Origin: Fonticula alba ATCC 38817 | Taxonomy: Eukaryota > Protista > Nucleariida | Strand: one strand, 5' to 3' | Assembly: GCA_000388065.2 (NCBI GenBank) | Contig: KB932202.1 | Length of the DNA: 15,612 bases | Part shown: one piece after another, positions 8,109 to 15,612 of the stretch | Position numbering within the stretch: position 1 is the first letter of the stretch | Layout of the letters: the number at the start of each line of letters is the position of its first letter | Notes under the pieces: model-generated | Seen by the model: only the letters and a program-made list of their open reading frames with translations | Told to the model about the DNA's origin: nothing | The model's database searches: none | Program-made: the position numbers and the translations under genes

Positions 8109-8587
8109 GTACACCCCCCCCCACACCACGCGCCCCCCGCCTGCCCTCCTCCTTTCCCCTCTCCTCCTGTTCCCTCGCCGGAAAAAGCCCCTCTTAAAAA
8201 TTGAAGCCCCCTCCCCTCGCGTCACCGCCGCCATACCTCTCCTCCTCCCTCCCTCTCCCGCACACACGCACACACATGCACACACACGAGCCCTCCTCGG
8301 CCAAGGGTGGGGACCTCTTGCGTATCTGGTGGAAAGGAGCCCTCCCGCCACCGGCGTGTGACAGGCGCCCCGCCTCTATGCAGAGACCATGCCCGCCGAC
8401 CATACTCCCCACCGACCATCTTCCCCACCGACCATCTTCCCCACCGACCATACTCCCCACCGACCATACTCCCCACCGACCATACTCCCCACCGACCATA
8501 CTCCCCGCCGACCATCTTCCCCGCTTCATACTGACCCTTCTTCCGTGCCCCCCCTCCCCCCGCCCCCCCGCCCCCGCCCTCGCTTAG
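8109..8587 (+). other. Probable 5'UTR intron of the 8650 gene
   Basis: The 3' end is well supported: TACTGAC branch point (8529-8535), a pyrimidine tract, and the first AG at cttag 8587. The donor GTACAC at 8109 is the best guess and is less certain. Confidence 0.55.
8395..8522. repeat. 16-bp minisatellite, 8 tandem copies of (A/G)CCGACCAT(AC/CT)TCCCC
   Basis: Units start at 8395, 8411, 8427, 8443, 8459, 8475, 8491 and 8507. Two variants occur (catact / catctt) and there are no spacers. Confidence 0.97.
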
Positions 8588-8649
8588 ATCACAAGTTTTG
8601 TCGCCACATCCTCCCCCCGAGAGTTACTACAGAGTTTACAACCAACAGA

Positions 8650-9705
8650 ATGAAGTCCGAGAAGAAGTCCAGCCAGACCTCCACCTTCCAGGGTAAGGGT
8701 CGCACTTCTACCTACCATGACGAGAGCTCCGAGAGCCATTCCACCGGCCCGGCCATCGTCATCCCGCCCTTCGACGTGGCCAACGCCCCCCGGTCGCCGC
8801 GGACCCTGAGCAAGAAGGTGCTCAACTCCCCGACCGAGCGCATCATCATCCACCGCGAGGGTGCCGTGGCCCAGGACATGGACTTCGGTGAGGTCAAGGT
8901 CCGCAAGATCGAGGTCAACCGCAGCGAGGAGAGCGCCCTCAATGCCAAGCGCATCGCCGAGGCCCGGGCCAAGATCCTGGAGGCGCAGCGCGTTCGCCGC
9001 GACGAGAGCATCCTGGCGGCCGAGGCCCGCAAGATGGCCGAGACCTCCCTGGAGAACGCCGAGCAGGCCTGCAAGGTGGTCGAGGTCCAGGAGAAGCTCA
9101 AGATGAGCCTCATCGAGAAGGAGCGCGAGTTCGAGCGCCAGCGTGTGGAGGCCCACGAGGCGGCCGTCGAGGCGGAGAACTGCCGCGCCAACGCCCGCGC
9201 CGAGGAGGTCCTCTTCATCGAGCAGCGCAAGGAGGCCCTGTCGCTGGCCGCCAAGCATGAGCTGGCCGCCGAGCATGCCCTCAAGATCGAGAAGGCCTAC
9301 GGCATTGTCCTGGCCGAGGCCGAGCGCCGCCAGGCCATCCTCGTCAGCGATGTCCAGTATGAGGTCATCGGTGAGCTCAACCAGGAGGTCGGCGAGTCGG
9401 CGCGCATTCGCGTCGAGATCGAGCCCCTCGGCATCCAGGAGTCCCGCATGCAGTCCTCGGCCAAGGTCCGCGCCACGGCCAAGCTGGCCGAGGTCACCGA
9501 GCACCTGCCCCAGCACCCGCCGATTGTCGTCCACCCGGAGGCCGTCGAGGCTCGCCGTGTCCACACCGAGACCCACGTCATCACCACCACCAAGTCCGAG
9601 CTGCTTGCCAGCCTGAACAACGAGACCATCGAGGCGGTGGCCCGGCCCATTGCTCACGGCGAGGCGTTTGCCCAACAGCACACCAACCTGCACAAGCACC
9701 TTTGA
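8650..9705 (+). CDS. Uncharacterised 351-aa charged helical/coiled-coil protein (Ser/Thr-rich N-terminus, ~140-aa E/A/K/R-rich helix), probably highly expressed
   Basis: The ORF has a near-exclusive set of preferred codons (GAG, AAG, GCC, ATC, CGC, GTC, ACC). The ATG sits in the A-rich context caacagaATG, downstream of a splice acceptor at 8587. Unlike the neighbouring genes there are no homopolymer tracts. The track ORF start at 8389 lies in the intronic minisatellite. No family recognised. Confidence 0.9.
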   Translation: MKSEKKSSQTSTFQGKGRTSTYHDESSESHSTGPAIVIPPFDVANAPRSPRTLSKKVLNSPTERIIIHREGAVAQDMDFGEVKVRKIEVNRSEESALNAKRIAEARAKILEAQRVRRDESILAAEARKMAETSLENAEQACKVVEVQEKLKMSLIEKEREFERQRVEAHEAAVEAENCRANARAEEVLFIEQRKEALSLAAKHELAAEHALKIEKAYGIVLAEAERRQAILVSDVQYEVIGELNQEVGESARIRVEIEPLGIQESRMQSSAKVRATAKLAEVTEHLPQHPPIVVHPEAVEARRVHTETHVITTTKSELLASLNNETIEAVARPIAHGEAFAQQHTNLHKHL

Positions 9706-9719
9706 AAGTGCCCCGCTTT

Positions 9720-9764
9720 CGCCGCCGTCGCCGCCCCCGCCGCCCTCGCCGCCCCCGCCGCCAC
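9720..9764. repeat. 9-bp unit CGCCGCCNN x5 just 3' of the 9705 stop codon
   Basis: cgccgccgt cgccgcccc cgccgccct cgccgcccc cgccgccac. Confidence 0.85.
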
Positions 9765-10467
9765 CCTCCCCCCCTCCCCACCCCCCCGGTGGTGTGCACA
9801 TATGAATATGCAGGCCCCGGCCTTCGTGCCGCGCGAGTGTCCATGGACCCCACGCGCGTGCCATCCTCTGCTCCTCTGTATGCATGACGGCGCGTGCTCT
9901 CCCATATAAACCATTGTCCTGCCCCAACACACGCCTTGTGGTGCTTTTGTCCTGTGCTTGTGCGATGTAATGGGACCCGGGGGGGGGGGTGACATGTCGC
10001 GCGGGGATGCCATGGCGCGTGTCTTCTCTCCTGGGGGTCCGGGGGAGGCAGGGGGAGGACAGAGAGAGGACAGGGGGGGATGGGCGGCGTGCCCGGCGAG
10101 CGCGCATGGGTGGCGAGGGGCCGAGGAAAAGAGGCCTGCCCTGAGAGCCGCCGCCGGGCGGGCGCGGGGAATGCCGCAGGAGGAGCCAGGGGCGCAAGCT
10201 CCTGACATGGCGCGCGGCGTCATGCGTGTCGCCCAGGAACAAACAGAACTGTGAGGGGGTGTCCATAACCGCTGCCCGGGGGTGCGCTGCTGCACCCCTT
10301 ACGCCAGAGTAAGCTCTGGCTACGTGCACCACCACCATCCCCTTGACCGCAGCACACGCCCATCTTCCGGTGTCTCTGGGCCCCTGTGGCATTGTCGGGT
10401 CCCTGCGCACGCACATCCCCCAGCGTTTGTCGCCTCCCGCCCCTTCTGCGTGTGTGTGCCTGTGTGT

Positions 10468-10472
<5 letters not shown>

Positions 10473-10539
<67 letters not shown>
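10473..10539. repeat. Long (GT)n microsatellite between the two convergent genes
   Basis: About 33 uninterrupted dinucleotides, with degenerate GT repeats on the left. Confidence 0.97.
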
Positions 10540-10541
<2 letters not shown>

Positions 10542-11349
10542 ATGCGGTGTGCTTGTGGGGCTACTACCACCTCGGGGGTGAGTAGTTTGTGTGTGTGTGT
10601 GTGACATACACGCAATGTGCAGGTGGTGGAATCTTGTTTCTCAAAACATGCACCGGCTGCGCCCGTCTCCCTTGCTGCCACTAATATGACGAACACCGAG
10701 GAGGGCCCAGACTCTCTTCGAGGGGGGAAGTAAAAATGCATGCGCATTGTGTGCGAGAGAAGGGGCAGGGGGAGCGGGGCCAGTCGCTGTTCGGCCATGG
10801 GGCGCATCGTGCGTCAAAGCGCTCCTCACAGTGCCTTTTGTGCTCCGTCCTGGCCTTAGAAAGGCCCTGTCGCGCATGGGCCCGTCCGCTGGTCTCCGCC
10901 GCTCTCGGCATCGAAGATGAATAATGCCTCTTTCGAGCGTGTGGGGGACGGTGTATGCGCGCGCGAGACAGGAGAAGGAGGGAAAGAGGGGCGAGGGGGC
11001 AGGAAATGGCGGCGAGGGGAGGAGTCTCCATGTAGCCAGAGGAGAGAGGGGGAGGGCAAAGGAGCAAGTGGCCATGCATCACCAGACCCATCTCAGAGGA
11101 AAGCACGAGAAGGGCATCTACGTGCCGAGTGGCTGCCCCGCGCGAGAGCTCACACACGTTGGGCCCACACAAATAAGAACCAGTGCCACTCCCGGGCCTC
11201 AAGGTGAGATATTGCGCAAAGAGGGGCCCCAGGCGTGCGCCCGGGAATGGGCCGAGGCAAAGGACAGGAGAGGGCGGTGAGGGGGCAGATGTGCAGTCGT
11301 ATTGCCAAAGAAAGGACAGTAGAGACACAGTGGGAGTGGGGGGGGAGTG

Positions 11350-11352
<3 letters not shown>

Positions 11353-11386
<34 letters not shown>

Positions 11387-11392
11387 ACACAC
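11353..11392. repeat. Compound (GA)n(CA)n microsatellite, 3' of the WD40 gene
   Basis: Read directly. Confidence 0.95.
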
Positions 11393-11522
11393 ACGCAGGG
11401 GGGGAGGGGGAATATGATACAAGAATGGTTGGGAAACTGGCAGGGTAGCCAATGTGCGCCAGGCACATGGCACCGGTGTGTGTATGTGCGTGTGTGTGTG
11501 TGTGTGTCTGTGTGCACGCCGC

Positions 11523-14500
11523 CTACGATCGGCCCGCGGCGGAGTGGGCGCGCAGTGGCGGCGATACCACCGTGCGCTGGTGCTGTTGCCGCTGCTGCTG
11601 GTGGTGGTGCTGCTGCTGCCGCTGGTGCTGCCGCTGCTGCTGCCGCTGCTGCTGGAGCAGGGCCCGGTAGTCCTGGCAGTCGCGGCTCCGGACGGAGTAT
11701 TCGTCGCGCCAGAGGCACACCGCCGCATCCAGCCCACACGACAGGAGAGCCACATCACCGAAGGGCAGCAGGGCGGTGACCGACTTGTTGTGCGCTGCCA
11801 GGGTCGACAGCAGGGCCGGCACGGGAGCCATGTCGTGCAGGGACACGGCGATGCGCACGTCCGTGCTGTGCGTCTCCAGCGGCGAGCCAATGTCAGGCAG
11901 CTCGCTGGAGGAGCTGGTCGGCGACAGGGTGAGCCCCTGCAGGCGCGTGGCCGCGGCCGTGGCCGTGACCGCCGTCAGGGAGAACCCCCCCGGCGGTGGT
12001 GGCGTCGCCGGACCGGCGGCGACCGACAGGGTGGCAACATGATGGTGCGCCGGCTGCGGCATGGACCCCGGCGAGAGGGCCGCCCCGGTGAAGGGTGTGG
12101 CCAGGAGACCTCCGCCGCCGCCGCCGCCGCCGCCGCCGCTGTTGCTGTTGCTGTTGCTGCCAACACCGCCGCCACCGGTGCTCGGGCGCCTGGACCCCGA
12201 TGAGCTGCCCCTCCCTGGAGCATCCTCCGGGAAGGAGGACGACGAGGACGAAGAGGACAGCGAAGAGAGGGACGACGTGCGGGAGGAGGCAGAGGCACCC
12301 CGGGCACCGGGCAGCGCCGGCTCCACCGCGCAGTAAGCCGTTGACAGGTGCGGCGGCGGCGACGCGAAGACCGATGTCTGCAGGGCGTCCAGGGCATGGC
12401 TGGCTGCCGCGAAGACCGGGCTTCCCAGCAGTGCCACCATTGCCGGGTGGTGGATGGACAAACTCACCGAGGAAGGGCCGCCACCACCGAACCCCAGGGA
12501 GGCAGACCCGCTGAGGCTGGCCCCGGACACGCTCCTCGCAGGGCCGGTGCCGGCGCCGGTGCCGGTGCCAGTGCCGGTGCCGGTGCCGGTGCCGATGGGG
12601 CTGCCACTGTCCCCGCCGCCCCCGGCGCTGGCACCGAAACTGGAGGCAGCCGCCGCCACGACTGCCGGGTCTGCCGACGCATGGTGCTGTAGCACCGACG
12701 AGAGAATCACAAAGTCGCTCGACGGACTGGGCTCCGATGTGTCGGCCCCCCCGGGGAAGAGGGAAACCGGCGAGGACACGCGTGAAGACCGGGCCGAGGC
12801 CGAGGCACTTGCCGGGGGTGGGACATTGCTGGCGCCCACATGGACCGAGCTCGATCGTTGGCGGAGTCCGGCGGCGTCGGCACCGCCGGGGCCGTTCGTC
12901 GGGGCCGCGGACAACGGCGACGAGGCGGAGGACGACGAGGAGGAAGTGAAGACCCAGCCGCCGAAGGGGCCGGCCACTGCCGGCCCTGACGCCGCCGCCG
13001 CCGCCGCCGCCGCCGCCGAAGCACCAGCCGGGTGGGGCTGGCCCGGCAGGCCGGCCTCCGTCACATGGGCCGGAGCAGGCGGCATGCGATGGTGCCCGGT
13101 AAGTGAGGCGCTGCGCACGCGCGAGGAAAAGAGGGAATCCGACAGGCACTCGGTGGATGCATGGGTGTCGATTGGGAAGGCCGGCGGCGACCGGGGAATG
13201 AAGGCATCCGGCCCGAGGACCGCGTCGATACGCTGACGCGGCGTCAGGAAGGCCTCGATGCCGACCTTGGAGCGGGCGTCCGAGAAGGGGTTCCGGGGGC
13301 CGGGGGCCGGGCGCGAAGCGAGGGGGAGAGAGAGGAGGGGAAAATTGCGTGAGAGGAGAGTGAAGAACGAAGAGAGGTACACAAGCGGGGGGGGGGGGGG
13401 GGGGGGAAAAAAAAAACGGGGGGGGACGGGGGGGCGGGGGGGGGGGGGGGGGGGAGGGGGGGGGGGGGGGGGGGGGGAGCAAAAGCAGCCGGCAGCGACA
13501 GCGGACAGGGGAAGGACGACATACCGGCGGCGCGGATAGCAGCTGACACGTGTCATAGGAGAGTAGCAGAGATAGCAGGCGTTTGTTGCTTGGGCGCGAG
13601 AGGGTCTCGGCCACATCGACCCCGGCCGGTACCATGGGCGGCGGCGGCGGCGGCGGCGGCGGCGGGAAGGACGAGGCCCCGGTGCTGGCCGGCGAGCTGG
13701 GCCGCGAAACCGGCCCGGCCGCCGGGCCGCCCATGGCCCCGGCCGACGGGTGCCGCGACAGGGCTCGCCCCGAGAGGGAGCCGGTGCGGGAAAAGGGCCG
13801 GCCACCGGGGTTGGGCGAGGGGGGCGGCCGCGGGCCGCCCAACAGGTCCCCGGAAGACACCGAGCCACCGAGCCCGGAGGCCGCCATCCCCCCGTCAGGT
13901 GGCAGGAAGGAAGTCCCGGAGCCCGGGCGCGAGGGGCCCCCCACATCGAGGGGGTTCACATGGCCCACGGGCTCAGGCTCGCTGGGGGTCGACCCGGCAG
14001 GGCCGCCGCGCGAGGGCGCCGGCGAGTTGGACCCCGACGAGAAGGGGGTCTGCAGCAGGGAGTCCGGGTCGTCGGTGTGCGAGAACGACCGCAGGGACAT
14101 GGCCCGGCGCTTGTCGTACCCCGGCCCGGGGATGGTGGCCGAAGAGTGGCCGCCGGCCGGGCCGGGCCCATGGCCGGGGACCAGGGGCGGGCGACCGGAC
14201 CCGGGCCGGCCGGTGGCCAGCGCCATGCTGGACCCGGATCGCGGGAGGGGCAGCCCGGATCCGCCGGCGTCGGCGAAGGCCGACAGGGTGTCCCCGAAGC
14301 CCGGGGCGGCGTTGCCGACGCCGCTCACCGGCGCCCCGAATGCACCCATGCCCAGGATGGCCTCGGCCGCCGATGCGACCATGAAGTGTGTATGAGCCAG
14401 GCCCGGGGAGGGGGACCATATCCGGATGCTGGAATCATCGCCGATGGTGAGGATCCGCGCGCCGCCATACAGCAGGGCGATCTGCCGCACGCAGGTTTCA

Positions 14501-14600
14501 TGGGCATCTGGCAGAGAAAAGAGGCACTGCCCGGTGCTTGTGTCGCAGAGGGCGATCCCACGGTCGACAGCCACCAGGAAGAAGCGCTTCGTGCATGTGT

Positions 14601-14631
<31 letters not shown>

Positions 14632-15307
14632 CGCGAGCAAGTGCACGACAGAGAAGGCGGTCAGCAGGGCAGGATGAGAGCAGTGCCAGCGCCAGGCTAG
14701 GGAAAGAGGAGGCGAGACGACGGGGCGGGGCCCGGGGGCAAGCATGCACGAATGGCCGGCAGACGCACGTCGTCCACGGGGCGGATGTCGCCGATGGTCG
14801 GCGGCCGCCACGGGCTGCCGGGCAACGACCCGGCCGGGTCAAACAGGCAGTACACCGCCTGCAGAGACTCCGCGCACCAGACCAGCACGAGCCCATCATC
14901 GGACGCCGAGGCAAAGAGGCTGGCAGTGGTGGCGCTCCGGGAGTAGGGGACCGCCGGAGTGCCGGGCGCCACGCCGCGCAACTCCACCAGGTGGTGGATG
15001 CTCTCCCGGTGACTGCCGAGGCTGGACCGGAGCTGGGAGATTGGCACATCCACGGCGGCCAGAGTCAGGGATTGAAGGTGGCCGCGCGGGGTCGTGCGAA
15101 GACAGTCCAACAGCGGTCCGAAGTGGAAGACAGCTGGAGGGGGCGCGGGGCGCGGGGCGCGGGGAGAGTTAGGCGAGGCGGGAGGGGAGCGGAGAAAAAA
15201 CATTCGGAAGACAGGAGGAACGCCTACCGATTTTGGAGTCAGATGCGATGACCACATCATGGCCACTGCCGATGGACACCATGGCGCTGGTGCCTGGGGG
15301 AGGAGGG

Positions 15308-15346
<39 letters not shown>

Positions 15347-15525
15347 CGCCCGTAGCAGAGAAGATGGGGAGGCGTTGGGGGGAGATCCGTGGCACAAGAC
15401 GCACTGGACCAGTCGGGGGGGAAGTTCAATCGGAACAGGCACCGGCCGAGGGAGAGACTCCAGAGAAGCACGAAAGAGTCCGTGCCGCCGGTGATGAAGT
15501 AATCGGGCGTCAACCGGATGAGGCT
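11523..15525 (-). CDS. WDR41: WD40-repeat protein, WDR41-like; 5'-partial. Exons 15525-15405, 15293-15228, 15133-14769, 14586-13525, 13265-11523 (1118 aa visible)
   Basis: Frame-consistent splicing (donors GTGCGT, GTAGGC, GTGCGT, GTATGT) joins WD repeats: YFITGGTDSFVLLW; SAMVSI...; SHRESIHHLV...FASASDDGLVLVW; FLVAVDRGIALCD...DAHETCVRQIALL...ILTIGDDSSIRIW; AHNKSVTALLPFGDVALLSCGLDAAVCLWRD. Their order and residues (AVxRG, AH, final WD followed by a short helix) match my recollection of human WDR41. WD40 identity is secure; the WDR41 orthology is less certain. Confidence 0.7.
11576..11660 (-). repeat. CAG-rich coding repeat (Q/H/R tail of the WD40 protein)
   Basis: Encodes QQQRQQQRQHQRQQQHHHQQQRQQHQ after the last WD repeat. 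Confidence 0.9.
12544..12597 (-). repeat. Hexamer (GGCACC-like) coding repeat giving a Gly-Thr dipeptide tract
   Basis: GTGTGTGTGTGTGAGTG in the last exon of the WD40 gene. Confidence 0.85.
15310..15342. repeat. (GA)n microsatellite: (CT)n on the sense strand, forming the pyrimidine tract of intron 15404-15294
   Basis: Lies between the GCTGAC branch point and the CAG acceptor on the minus strand. Confidence 0.93.
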
Positions 15526-15612
15526 CTGGGGTGAGATGCGCGTGAGAGGGCGGGGGTCAGCATGCGCGCGCGGGTGGGGCAAGGCAAGGGGAGAGCGAGG
15601 AGGGGGGGGGGG

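Noticed and set aside
8395-8522. Possible CRISPR array
   Set aside because: The units are contiguous with no unique spacers, the context is eukaryotic, and there are no cas genes; it is a minisatellite.
9703-9790. Stop-codon readthrough of the orphan gene into an Ala/Pro-rich extension
   Set aside because: The context TGA-A is not a typical leaky stop, codon bias collapses after the stop, and the GCC periodicity is explained by the 9-bp repeat.
8584-10416. 610-aa minus-strand ORF
   Set aside because: Mirror frame of the strongly codon-biased 8650-9705 gene (the L/G/D/V-rich translation is typical of this), extended through non-coding repeats.
9765-11522. Small ORFs or a possible ncRNA between the convergent genes
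   Set aside because: The translations are microsatellite-derived (CV/HT/ER runs). I found no tRNA, snRNA, 5S or convincing C/D or H/ACA box arrangement.
14660-14700. Alternative acceptor ccctag at ~14697 in the WD40 gene
   Set aside because: It leads to an in-frame TGA within 12 codons, and that TGA is part of the GCTGAC branch point. The downstream AAG at 14587 keeps the WD repeat intact.
1-15612. Mobile elements
   Set aside because: No transposase, reverse transcriptase or integrase motifs, terminal repeats or target-site duplications were seen.

Overview
GC-rich, intron-containing eukaryotic genomic DNA with many microsatellites, poly-G/C runs and two N-gaps. The style is reminiscent of a unicellular opisthokont such as Fonticula, but that assignment is a guess. 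Four protein-coding genes can be rebuilt by hand. (1) Minus strand, running off the left edge: an EH-domain + PX-domain sorting nexin (SNX8/Mvp1-like), 4 coding exons visible. (2) Plus strand, 2463-6848, apparently single-exon: a REV1 homologue with BRCT, Y-family polymerase fold, UBM and REV1 C-terminal domain. Two of its three catalytic carboxylates appear replaced by Arg, so it is probably a catalytically dead scaffold, and this is the most interesting item in the window. (3) Plus strand, 8650-9705: an unrecognised, strongly codon-biased, charged helical protein. It has a TATA box and a probable 5'UTR intron holding a 16-bp minisatellite. (4) Minus strand, entering from the right edge: a WD40 protein resembling WDR41, with a ~790-aa low-complexity loop before its last repeat. 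Most other ORFs in the six-frame track are GC-bias shadows or microsatellite translations. All family assignments come from motifs remembered and aligned by eye, not from database searches.
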